DNA from: Clostridiales bacterium UBA3678
GTDB lineage: Bacteria; Bacillota; Clostridia; TANB77; CAG-508
DNA length: 64,000 bases
Direction of reading: 5' to 3'
NCBI GenBank assembly: GCA_002372935.1
Contig: DFJF01000007.1
Span: 86,019 to 150,018, forward strand
The notes under the pieces: model-generated
Database searches by the model: none
Told to the model about the DNA's origin: nothing
The model's input: only the letters and a program-made list of their open reading frames with translations
In this document: piece by piece, positions 1-9,009 of the stretch
How positions within the stretch are numbered: position 1 is the first letter of the stretch
How the letters are laid out: the number at the start of each line of letters is the position of its first letter
Made by a program: the position numbers and the translations under genes

Positions 1-1
1 A

Positions 2-170
2 AAGGCAGGGCTTCGGATATTTAATTACCTATGGAGGTCAAATTTTTAAATTAGATTTAGTAATGGCAAGTATCATTATTCTTGGAATTTTTTCATGTAT
101 AATGTACTTTTTAGTATGGCTTCTTTCAAAAAGGGACGGTTCTTCTTTGAAAGAGAAAGGAAAAAGGTAA
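2..170 (+). CDS. ABC transporter permease (NitT/TauT/SsuC-like), 3' end only; contains a +1 shift at CGG 14-16
   Basis: AAG GCA GGG CTT [C] GGA TAT TTA ATT ACC TAT GGA GGT CAA... gives KAGL-GYLITYGGQIFKLDLVMASIIILG..., stop TAA at 168-170. This is the typical permease C-terminal GLGYLI motif, and the gene lies directly upstream of a matching substrate-binding protein. Confidence 0.8.
   Translation, partial: RQGFGYLITYGGQIFKLDLVMASIIILGIFSCIMYFLVWLLSKRDGSSLKEKGKR
123..153. repeat. GGGACGGTTCT REP-like element, copy inside the permease 3' end
   Basis: CTTTCAAAAAGGGACGGTTCTTCTTTGAAAG is nearly identical to 24905-24935. Confidence 0.7.
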
Positions 171-171
171 A

Positions 172-1182
172 ATGGAATTTAAAAAAATTGTAGTTTTCTT
201 AATAATAGCTATTATAATAGTTATTTCCTCTATTTTTATTATAAATAGAGGAAATTCATCAGATGAAAGCAATAATGATGGACTTAAGATAATATATGTA
301 AGTGAAGTAACAAGATCCGTATTTTATGCTCCACAATATGTTGCAATTGCAAATGGATATTTTGAGGAAAATGGATTAAAGATAGATTTAACGACAGGCC
401 AGGGTGCTGATAATGTCATGACTGCTGTTCTTTCAAATCAAGTAGATATTGGGTTTGCAGGACCAGAGGCTTCTATATATGTATATAATGAGGGAAAAGA
501 GGATTATACACAAGTATTTGCACAATTAACTAGAACTGATGGATCTTTTTTGGTAAGTAGTAAAAATATAAGAGATTTTAAATGGTCTGATTTAAAAGGA
601 AAAACAATAATACCAGGTAGAAAAGGAGGAGTTCCATATATGACTTTGCTTTATGTTTTAAGAAAAAATGGAATAGATCCTGAGAAAGATGTTATTTTAG
701 ATGATAGTATAGATTTTGATTTAATGGCAAGTGCATTTTCTACAGGAAAAGCAGATTTTGTAACATTATTTGAGCCAACCGCTTCTCAAATACAGAATTC
801 AAAAAAAGGATATATTATAAAATCAATTGGTAAAGAAGCTGGAGAAATACCCTATACTGCATATTTTGCTAAAAAAAGTTATATTGAAAAAAATTCAGAT
901 ATAATAAAAAGTTTTACAAATGCCATATATAAAGGGGAACAATATGTAGAAAAACATTCATCAAGAGAGATTGCAAAATCAATACAAGAATTTTTTCCAG
1001 ATACAGATTTAGATATGCTTTCAAATTCTATTGAAAGTTATAGAAAAATAAATGCATGGAGTAAAACTCCATATATGACAGAAAAATCATTTAATTTATT
1101 ACAGGATATAATACATGACGCTGGAGAACTTGATAAATATGGACCATATGAAGATATAGTTAATAATTTTTATGAAAAATAA
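172..1182 (+). CDS. ABC transporter substrate-binding protein, NitT/TauT (NMT1/THI5-like)
   Basis: N-terminal TM/signal segment; motifs EVTRSVFYAPQYVA, GFAGPEASIY and GRKGGVPYM. Confidence 0.85.
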   Translation: MEFKKIVVFLIIAIIIVISSIFIINRGNSSDESNNDGLKIIYVSEVTRSVFYAPQYVAIANGYFEENGLKIDLTTGQGADNVMTAVLSNQVDIGFAGPEASIYVYNEGKEDYTQVFAQLTRTDGSFLVSSKNIRDFKWSDLKGKTIIPGRKGGVPYMTLLYVLRKNGIDPEKDVILDDSIDFDLMASAFSTGKADFVTLFEPTASQIQNSKKGYIIKSIGKEAGEIPYTAYFAKKSYIEKNSDIIKSFTNAIYKGEQYVEKHSSREIAKSIQEFFPDTDLDMLSNSIESYRKINAWSKTPYMTEKSFNLLQDIIHDAGELDKYGPYEDIVNNFYEK

Positions 1183-1215
1183 AAAATGGCGATTTATAAA
1201 AATCGCCATTTTTTT
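1183..1215. terminator. Bidirectional intrinsic terminator
   Basis: AAAAATGGCGATTT-ATA-AAAATCGCCATTTTTT lies between the convergent SBP gene and tRNA. Confidence 0.75.
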
Positions 1216-1217
1216 AA

Positions 1218-1294
1218 TGGTGCTCCTTCAAGGACTTGAACCTTGGACCCACCGGTTATGAGCCGGTTGCTCTGACCAACTGAGCTAAAGGAGC
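1218..1294 (-). tRNA. tRNA with CAT anticodon, most likely tRNA-Ile2 (lysidine-modified)
   Basis: Reverse complement is GCTCCTTTAGCTCAGTTGGTCAGAGCAACCGGCTCATAACCGGTGGGTCCAAGGTTCAAGTCCTTGAAGGAGCACCA, a full cloverleaf with encoded CCA. It resembles the Firmicute Ile2 type and lacks the initiator GGG/CCC anticodon stem. Confidence 0.9.
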
Positions 1295-1576
1295 TCTTCA
1301 CAAGACATTTTTTAGTATATATTATTTTTTATTTTTTGTCAATAGATTTTAGAAAAATTTTTTCAATAATTTGTTAATTTATGAAAATGTTTTAGTAATT
1401 AATTTTTGAAAATGTCTCAAAAATGATTTATAATATGTTACAGAGGTGACAAAATGAAAGAAATAAAAAATGTCCCCATTTTATAAAAAAAACTGTCTTA
1501 ATAAGTGAAATAGAAAAAATCCTATTTCAAGCTTGAAATAATACTGGATATATAGTATCCAATAGGAGGAAAATTC

Positions 1577-2057
1577 ATGAAATATGAAAAAAAATGGTTT
1601 TGTGAAAACATCAAAAATATACAAGACCGGAATGTATAGATATGCATACAGTATATTAAAGAATGATGATGATTCACAAGATGCAATACAAGAAACTATT
1701 TATAAAGCATATAGAAATTTAGACGGTCTAAGAGATGAAAAAAATTTTAAGTCGTGGATATATAAGATTTTGACTAACTCTTCTTTAGAAATAATTAATA
1801 AACGTAAAACTTATCTAGATATAGATTCTAATGTTGAAATAGCTGATAAAGATAAAAATATAGAAACAAATTTATCATTATGGGAAGCTGTACAAAGTTT
1901 GAAACAACCATATAGAGATACAATTATATTATATTACTATAATGATTTATCTATAAAAGAAATTTGTGACATAAAAAAATCAACAAAAGAAGCAATAAAA
2001 AAACAATTATTAAGAGGAAGAGAAAAAATAAAAAATAAGATGGGAGGAAGTATTTAA
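1577..2057 (+). CDS. ECF RNA polymerase sigma-70 factor (SigV-like); probable true start 1577 with a +1 shift at CGG 1628
   Basis: Region 2 (MYRYAYSIL...DAIQET...FKSWIYKIL) and region 4 (LYYYNDLSIKEI) are present. AGGAGG lies 7 nt before ATG 1577 but 14 nt before ATG 1584. Confidence 0.85.
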
Positions 2058-2917
2058 TGAATAATTATATTAAAAGCATGAAATTACGAAAAATGGCACA
2101 TGAAGAAAAAATAACAATGCCAAGTAGGATAGCAAAAATGGTAGATGAAGCACTAGACAGTCTTCCAAACAGGAAACTAGATATTAGAAGAAAGTTGACT
2201 TATTCATTACAATTGGTTATGGCAATGGTAGTTGCTATTTTTGTAATATTGCCAAATACAAATTCAAAGGTAGCTTATGCTATGAGCGAGATACCAGTTA
2301 TAGGGAGTCTAGCAAAAATAGTAACAATACGTAATTACTCGGAAGAAAACGGAAATAGTGAGTTAAATATAAAAATTCCAAAAGTAAAAAATGAAGATAA
2401 TTCTAATAGTAATGCAAATGATGAAATAAACGAAAATGTAGAAGATATAACTCAAGAAATTTTGCAACAATATTATTCAGAAGAAGGCAAAAGTACAAAG
2501 TTGGCTGTAAGTATTGATTCTGAAGTTATAAGAAATGATGAGGATTGGTTTACATTAAAGCTTATTATATCAAGGACAATGGCAGATACTGAAAAAGAAT
2601 ATAAATATTATAACTTAAATAAAAAAGAAGATAAAATAATGCAATTATCAGATTTATTTAAAAACGAAAAATATAAAGATTCAATTAATGAAGAAATAAA
2701 GAAACAAATGAAAAGTCAAATGAAATCAGATGAAAATATAATTTATTGGACAGATGAAAATAAATTTAAGTCAATATCTGATGATCAGAATTATTACTTT
2801 TCAAATAATGGGAATATTGTTATAGTATTTGATCAATTTGAAGTTGCACCTGGATATATGGGAAACCCTGAATTTGAAATTTTAAAAAATGTTTATGAAG
2901 GATATTTGAAAGATTAA
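2057..2917 (+). CDS. Anti-sigma factor, RsiV-like (DUF3298/DUF4163)
   Basis: Translationally coupled to the sigma gene; single TM; motifs AYAMSEIPVIGSLAKIVT and IVFDQFEVAPGYMGNPEF. Confidence 0.8.
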   Translation: MNNYIKSMKLRKMAHEEKITMPSRIAKMVDEALDSLPNRKLDIRRKLTYSLQLVMAMVVAIFVILPNTNSKVAYAMSEIPVIGSLAKIVTIRNYSEENGNSELNIKIPKVKNEDNSNSNANDEINENVEDITQEILQQYYSEEGKSTKLAVSIDSEVIRNDEDWFTLKLIISRTMADTEKEYKYYNLNKKEDKIMQLSDLFKNEKYKDSINEEIKKQMKSQMKSDENIIYWTDENKFKSISDDQNYYFSNNGNIVIVFDQFEVAPGYMGNPEFEILKNVYEGYLKD

Positions 2918-3059
2918 AAAGTATAATAAAAAATGACTAAAATTATTGTAAGTTTAGTCATTTTTAATTTGGATTGCATTTAAAATAATAAATGAAAAAA
3001 GAAAATTGACTTTTGGATAAATTTATTGTAAACTTGATATAAGAAAAAAGGAGGCAAAT

Positions 3060-3881
3060 ATGGAAAAAATAGCATTACTTTCAGATATACATGGAAATAT
3101 TACAGCATTAAATGAAGTGTTAAATGATATAGAAAATCGTGGAATAAAAAGAATTTTTTGTCTTGGAGATTATATTACAAAATGTTCTCATCCAGACTTA
3201 GTTATTGACAGACTAAGAGAGGTTGCAGAAGTTATGATAAAAGGAAATTGTGATAATGCAATATGTAAACCTGAAAATAAAAATAAAAATTTTTATTCTA
3301 GAAAAATAATTGGAGAGGAAAGAGCTCAGTTTTTATTTAATTTGCCAATTTCACATGATTTTTACATGAGTGGACATCTAATTAGAATTTTTCATGCATG
3401 TCCATATAATCTAGATGGAATATATAATCCGATGTTTAGCAATGAAGGGACAGTTTATTCTGGAAATGAATTAAAAGATCCAGAAGATTTATTTAAAAAT
3501 ACTGAGTTTATAGGAAAAGGCATGAGAGAACCAGAACCAGATATTGTTGTATATGGTCATATTCATACACCTTGTATAGTTAGATATAAAAATAAAACAT
3601 TAATAAATGCTGGAAGTGTTGGGATTCCAATAGAAATGTGCAATTCAGATATTGATGATGAAAAAAATAAATTTTCTACACTTGCTTCTTATGCTATAAT
3701 TGAGGGTACATATGGGTCAAAAGAACTAGGTTCTATTTCTTTTAATTTAGTTAGAGTACCTTATGATATTGAAAAAGAAGTTAAAGATTTAGAATATTCT
3801 GAAACACCTAATAAACATATAATAATTAAAAGTTTAAAAGGTGCAATCCCACCAGAATTTAATTTTAGGAGTGGAAAATAA
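3060..3881 (+). CDS. Calcineurin-like metallophosphoesterase
   Basis: Motifs SDIHGN, LGD, KGNCD and GHIH. Confidence 0.85.
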   Translation: MEKIALLSDIHGNITALNEVLNDIENRGIKRIFCLGDYITKCSHPDLVIDRLREVAEVMIKGNCDNAICKPENKNKNFYSRKIIGEERAQFLFNLPISHDFYMSGHLIRIFHACPYNLDGIYNPMFSNEGTVYSGNELKDPEDLFKNTEFIGKGMREPEPDIVVYGHIHTPCIVRYKNKTLINAGSVGIPIEMCNSDIDDEKNKFSTLASYAIIEGTYGSKELGSISFNLVRVPYDIEKEVKDLEYSETPNKHIIIKSLKGAIPPEFNFRSGK

Positions 3882-3883
3882 AT

Positions 3884-5146
3884 ATGATTAATAAATTTAG
3901 AAGAGCAAAAGCTATTTTAAAAAAATACAATCAAGAACATTTATTACTCTTTTATAAAGAATTAACAAAAGAACAAAGAGAAATTTTAATAGATCAAATT
4001 TTGACTATAGATTTTGGCGAAATTATAGGTCTTTATGAACATTCTAAAAAAACAATAAATGATAAGGACACTGCAATTATTTCTCCATTATATCACTACG
4101 AAAAAAATCTTATTGATGCAAAAGAAATGCAAGGATTTATTTCAATTGGTGAAGATATAATTAAATCTCAAAAATTTGCAGTTGTTACAATGGCTGGAGG
4201 GCAAGGCACAAGATTAGGATATAAAGGACCAAAAGGAACTTATGAATTAAAATTTGAAGAAACAAATATAAAAAAATCATTATTTCAAATAATGTGTGAG
4301 GATTTAAAAAGAGCAAATAAAAAATATAATGTCACAATACCTTGGTATATTATGACAAGTGAAGAAAATGATAAAAAAACTAAGGAATATTTTGAGGAAA
4401 ATAATTATTGGAATTATCCGAGAGAAAATGTGAAATTTTTTATACAAGGAAAATTGCCACTAATTGATGTAGATGGTAAACTAATCCTACAAGAAACATA
4501 TTTAATTAAAACTGCATCAAATGGAAATGGAAATGTATTTAATTCTATGAGCAAACATAATATTATAAAAGATATGCAAAGCAAAGGCATACAATGGGTT
4601 TCGTTTGGAGGCATTGATAATGTTTTATTAAAAAATGCTGATCCATTATTTTTAGGGTTGACAATTGCTAAAGATCAAAAAATAGCGTCAAAATCAATTT
4701 TTAAACAAGATCCGCTTGAAAAGAATGCTGTATTTTGCAAGAAAGATGGGAAACCAGCAATTTTAGATTATGATGAAATAGATTTAGAATTATCAAATTC
4801 AAAATTTGATAATGGAATGTATAAATACAGAGATTCAAATATCATTTCACATTTAATGTCAATTGATGCAATAATTAAAATAAAAGATGTAAAACTACCA
4901 TATCATCGTTCATACAAAAAAAATGCATTTGTAAATGAAGAGGGGATGAAACAAGTACCAGATAGTCCAAATACTTTTAAATATGAAAATTTTATATTTG
5001 ATGGGTTTAAATATTTTGATGACATGTTGCTTTTGCGAGTAAATCCTAATGAGGAGTTTGCACCGATAAAAGATTTTAGGAGTGAATTTAATCCAGACAC
5101 TGCAAAAGAAAAATATGAGCATTATTGGAAAAATCATAAATTTTGA
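3884..5146 (+). CDS. UDP-sugar pyrophosphorylase, UDPGP type 1 / eukaryote-like UDP-GlcNAc pyrophosphorylase family
   Basis: Motifs MAGGQGTRLG..GPKG, NGNG, IDNVL, KYENFIFD and EFAPIK. Confidence 0.85.
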   Translation: MINKFRRAKAILKKYNQEHLLLFYKELTKEQREILIDQILTIDFGEIIGLYEHSKKTINDKDTAIISPLYHYEKNLIDAKEMQGFISIGEDIIKSQKFAVVTMAGGQGTRLGYKGPKGTYELKFEETNIKKSLFQIMCEDLKRANKKYNVTIPWYIMTSEENDKKTKEYFEENNYWNYPRENVKFFIQGKLPLIDVDGKLILQETYLIKTASNGNGNVFNSMSKHNIIKDMQSKGIQWVSFGGIDNVLLKNADPLFLGLTIAKDQKIASKSIFKQDPLEKNAVFCKKDGKPAILDYDEIDLELSNSKFDNGMYKYRDSNIISHLMSIDAIIKIKDVKLPYHRSYKKNAFVNEEGMKQVPDSPNTFKYENFIFDGFKYFDDMLLLRVNPNEEFAPIKDFRSEFNPDTAKEKYEHYWKNHKF

Positions 5147-5188
5147 TTATCAGTGGACATCAGTTGAGAAAAAAGAAAGGAAGTAAAA

Positions 5189-5941
5189 ATGTTAAATCAG
5201 TTTTCAAGGACAGAATTGATAATAGGAAAAGATGGTGTAGAAAAAATACATAATTCTAAAGTTGCAATTTTTGGAATAGGAGGAGTAGGCTCTTTTGTAG
5301 TAGAAGGGTTGGTAAGAGCTGGAGTGGAAAATTTTCTTTTAGTAGATGATGATAAAATTTGTTTAACTAATTTAAATAGACAAATCATAGCTACTAAAAG
5401 CACAATTGGAAAGCCTAAAGTAGAAGTTGCAAAACAAAGGATCTTAGATATTAATCCAGATGCAAATGTAGAGATAAGACAAGAATTTTTTATGCCAGAT
5501 AGTGATGAGATATTAGATAAAACCATTGATTATATAGTTGATAGTGTAGATACTGTTACTGCTAAGATAGAATTAATTATGAGGGCTAAAAAATTAGATA
5601 TACCAATTATTTCGTGTATGGGAACAGGAAATAAATTAGATCCTACAAAATTTGAAGTTACAGATATATATAAGACTAGTGTTTGCCCACTTGCTAAAGT
5701 TATGAGAAAAGAATTGAGGGCAAGAGAAATAAAAGATTTAAAAGTGGTTTATTCTAAAGAAGAACCAATTATCCCTGATAATAGAAGTGAATCAAGTTGC
5801 AAAACTAATTGCATTTGTCCACCTGGTACAAAGAGAAAGTGTTCTATTAAAAATCAAGTTCCTGGAAGTATATCATTTGTACCATCTGTTGCAGGATTAA
5901 TTATTGCTGGTGAAGTAGTTAAAGATATTTTAAAAAAATAA
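5189..5941 (+). CDS. tcdA: tRNA threonylcarbamoyladenosine dehydratase (ThiF/E1-like)
   Basis: Motifs GIGGVGS, TNLNRQ, MGTGNKLDP and CPLAKVMRKEL. Confidence 0.8.
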   Translation: MLNQFSRTELIIGKDGVEKIHNSKVAIFGIGGVGSFVVEGLVRAGVENFLLVDDDKICLTNLNRQIIATKSTIGKPKVEVAKQRILDINPDANVEIRQEFFMPDSDEILDKTIDYIVDSVDTVTAKIELIMRAKKLDIPIISCMGTGNKLDPTKFEVTDIYKTSVCPLAKVMRKELRAREIKDLKVVYSKEEPIIPDNRSESSCKTNCICPPGTKRKCSIKNQVPGSISFVPSVAGLIIAGEVVKDILKK

Positions 5942-5949
5942 AAAAAATT

Positions 5950-5977
5950 GGAACCAAATTACAAACAACATCGTCTA
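5950..5977 (+). promoter_or_regulatory. Putative ECF-sigma promoter of the dlt-like operon
   Basis: GGAAC-N17-CGTCTA matches the general ECF -35 AAC / -10 CGTC pattern. Confidence 0.45.
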
Positions 5978-6025
5978 ATATTTAGATGATATTATTTTAA
6001 AATAAAAAAGGAAAAGGGTAAAAAA

Positions 6026-7534
6026 ATGAAAACTATATTAGAGTATTTAGAAAATTCAGAAAAAAAGCATAATTCTAAGGTTGCTGTAATAGATGAAACA
6101 GGAAGATATACATATAAAGAGTTAGTCGAAAATAGTAAGAAAATAGGATCTGGAATTTTGGAAAAAATTGATAAAGGAAATCCAGTTCCAGTATTAATGG
6201 AAAAAGGAAAAGAAACTTTGTCAACATTTTTTGGAATTGTATATGCTGGCTGTTTTTATTGCTTACTAAATCCTAGTTTACCAGAAACGAGATTAAAAAA
6301 TATTATAAACACTTTAAATGCAAAATATATTGTTACAGATCAAGAGCATTCAGAATTAGCAACAAAATTAGTAAACAAAGACTATATTTTATTAGAAGAA
6401 GATTTGAAAAATACAGATATTAATCAGACTAAATTAAATTTGATAAGACAAGAAATTTTAGATGTTGATCCATTATATGCAAATTTTACATCTGGATCAA
6501 CTGGTATTCCAAAAGGAGTAGTGGTAGGAAACAGATCAGTAATAGACTTTATAGATAATTTTACTAATATTTTCAATATAAATGAAAATGATATAATTGG
6601 AAATCAAGCACCATTTGATTTTGATGTATCTGTAAAAGACATATATTCTAGTATTAGTAAGGGTGCAACATTAGTCATAATACCTAAAAGATTATTTTCG
6701 TTACCAGTAAAGTTACTTGATTTTATATGTGAAAATAAAGTTACAACTTTAATTTGGGCAGTTTCGGCATTATGTCTAATTACAACATTCCATGGATTAG
6801 ACTACAAAACTCCAAAATCTGTAAATAAAATTCTGTTTAGTGGTGAAGTTATGCCAATTAAGCACATTAAACAATGGATTGAACACTTACCAAATGCAAT
6901 GTTTGTAAATTTATATGGCCCAACAGAAATAACATGTAATTGTACATATCATATTGTGGATAAAAGCTTGAATTATGTAAAATCAATCCCAATTGGAAAA
7001 CATTTTCCAAATGAAGAAGTATTTTTATTAAACGACAAAAATGAATTAATAAAAGATACAGGAAAAACTGGAGAAATATGTGTTAAAGGTACATGTTTAG
7101 CGCTTGGTTATTATAATAATGAAGAACAAACGTCAAAAAGTTTCATACAAAATCCATTAAATCCTAATTATATTGATATAATATACAAGACTGGTGATTT
7201 AGGTGAATATGATGAAAATAATGATTTACATTTTTTAGGAAGAAAAGATTTTCAAATAAAATTTATGGGACATAGGATAGAATTAGAAGAGATAGAAAGA
7301 GCAATGGAAAAAATACCAGAAGTAGAGAGAAGCTGCTGCATATTCAATCAAGAAAAAGAAAAACTATACGGATTTTATGTGGGAAAAATAGATAAAAAAC
7401 AAGTTCATGATTATCTAAAAAACAATTTACCTATATTTATGATTCCAAATAAAATTACACAAATAGAGAAATTTGAGTTGACTAAAAATGGAAAAATTGA
7501 TAGAATGGCATTATTAAAAAATATAAAAAAATAA
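6026..7534 (+). CDS. Stand-alone amino acid adenylation enzyme (DltA-like)
   Basis: Motifs FTSGSTGIPKG, FDFDVS, NLYGPTE, YKTGDLG, GRKDFQIK.GHRIELEEIE and NGKIDR. Confidence 0.9.
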   Translation: MKTILEYLENSEKKHNSKVAVIDETGRYTYKELVENSKKIGSGILEKIDKGNPVPVLMEKGKETLSTFFGIVYAGCFYCLLNPSLPETRLKNIINTLNAKYIVTDQEHSELATKLVNKDYILLEEDLKNTDINQTKLNLIRQEILDVDPLYANFTSGSTGIPKGVVVGNRSVIDFIDNFTNIFNINENDIIGNQAPFDFDVSVKDIYSSISKGATLVIIPKRLFSLPVKLLDFICENKVTTLIWAVSALCLITTFHGLDYKTPKSVNKILFSGEVMPIKHIKQWIEHLPNAMFVNLYGPTEITCNCTYHIVDKSLNYVKSIPIGKHFPNEEVFLLNDKNELIKDTGKTGEICVKGTCLALGYYNNEEQTSKSFIQNPLNPNYIDIIYKTGDLGEYDENNDLHFLGRKDFQIKFMGHRIELEEIERAMEKIPEVERSCCIFNQEKEKLYGFYVGKIDKKQVHDYLKNNLPIFMIPNKITQIEKFELTKNGKIDRMALLKNIKK

Positions 7535-7552
7535 ACTATAGGAGGAAAAGTT

Positions 7553-8764
7553 TTGGAAGATTTTATGATAAAAAATATAATTGAAAAATATGATACACCA
7601 ATATATGTCTTTGATATTAATATACTAAAGCAAAGAATAAAATATTTAAAAGAACATTTATCAGATAAAATAAAATTATGTTATGCAGTTAAGGCAAATA
7701 CTTTTATTGTAAATGAACTAAGTGATGATATAGAAAGACTTGAGGTATGTTCTCCTGGGGAATATAAAATTTGTCATGAACAAAATGTGCCTCAAGAAAA
7801 GATTGTAATTTCTGGTGTATATAAAACACCTTCTGAAATAGAGAATATGATTGTAAACAGTCCAAAGATTGGAAGATATACAATTGAGTCTTTAGAACAA
7901 TTAGAATTATTGGATGAATTGTCAAAAAAATACAATATTAAATTAAACATTTTATTAAGACTTACTAGTGGAAACCAATTTGGAGTAAATGAAGAAGACA
8001 TCGAAAATATTATAAAAAATAGAGATAAATATAGAAAATTAAATTTTGTTGGAATACAGTATTTTTCAGGAACTCAAAAAAAATCAACAAAAAAGATTTT
8101 TAGAGAATTGGATTATTTGGACAATTTTATAAACCAATTAAAAACAAACTATGAGTTTAATGTAGAAGAATTAGAATATGGCGGAGGATTTGCTGTTAAT
8201 TATTTTGATGGTCATGAATTTGATGAAGTTACATATTTAGAAGAAATTTCTAAAATGTTTGAAAATTTAAAATATGATGGAAAAATAATTTTAGAACTTG
8301 GAAGGAGCATATCTGCTTCTTGTGGTAGTTATTTAACAAAAGTTGTTGATAAAAAAACAAATAAAGACGAGAATTACGCAATATTAGATGGAGGAATAAA
8401 TCAATTAGTTTATTTTGGACAGGTTATGGCAATGAAATTTCCATATTATGATATATATCCAAAACGCCAAAAAGAGGATATAAAAAAATGGAACTTGATG
8501 GGGTCTTTGTGTACAGTCAATGATATTTTAGTAAAACAATTACCAGTAAGTAATTTACAATTAGGAGATGTTTTTATATTTAAAAACACAGGAGCATATT
8601 GCATGACAGAATGTATTGCACTTTTCTTGAGTAGGGATTTACCTAAAGTAGCATTAATAAAAGGAGATAAAATAGAATTAGTCAGAAATTCGATAGAAAC
8701 ATATGTATTAAATATGTGTAATGAAAATAAAAATATAGAAAGGAAAGAGATTAAAAATGGATAG
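7553..8764 (+). CDS. PLP-dependent decarboxylase, Orn/DAP/Arg family (LysA/BtrK-like)
   Basis: YAVKAN (PLP lysine), GGGF, ELGR, GSLCTVND and GAY. Confidence 0.8.
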   Translation: MEDFMIKNIIEKYDTPIYVFDINILKQRIKYLKEHLSDKIKLCYAVKANTFIVNELSDDIERLEVCSPGEYKICHEQNVPQEKIVISGVYKTPSEIENMIVNSPKIGRYTIESLEQLELLDELSKKYNIKLNILLRLTSGNQFGVNEEDIENIIKNRDKYRKLNFVGIQYFSGTQKKSTKKIFRELDYLDNFINQLKTNYEFNVEELEYGGGFAVNYFDGHEFDEVTYLEEISKMFENLKYDGKIILELGRSISASCGSYLTKVVDKKTNKDENYAILDGGINQLVYFGQVMAMKFPYYDIYPKRQKEDIKKWNLMGSLCTVNDILVKQLPVSNLQLGDVFIFKNTGAYCMTECIALFLSRDLPKVALIKGDKIELVRNSIETYVLNMCNENKNIERKEIKNG

Positions 8765-8987
8765 ATTAATAGAGATTTTAGAAGAAATAGAAGATGGAGT
8801 AGATTATAAAAATTGCAAAACACTAATAGATGATCATTATTTAGATTCACTTTCAATTATATCATTAGTTGCAGAATTGGAGGATGAATTTGATATCACA
8901 ATTCCAACAGTTGAAATTATACCTGAAAACTTTAATTCTGTAGAATCTATGTGGAAACTAATAACTAGATTACAAGAAGAAGGATAA
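8757..8987 (+). CDS. Acyl/aminoacyl carrier protein (DltC-like)
   Basis: Acidic 76-aa protein with the LDSL phosphopantetheine site and PENFNS. Confidence 0.85.
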   Translation: MDRLIEILEEIEDGVDYKNCKTLIDDHYLDSLSIISLVAELEDEFDITIPTVEIIPENFNSVESMWKLITRLQEEG

Positions 8988-9009
8988 TATATAACAAAAA
9001 TAGAAAGGT

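Noticed and set aside
1218..1294. Initiator tRNA-fMet or a frameshift-suppressor tRNA
   Set aside because: It has a normal 7-nt anticodon loop (CTCATAA), a paired G1-C72 and no triple G-C anticodon stem, so it does not explain the CGG sites.
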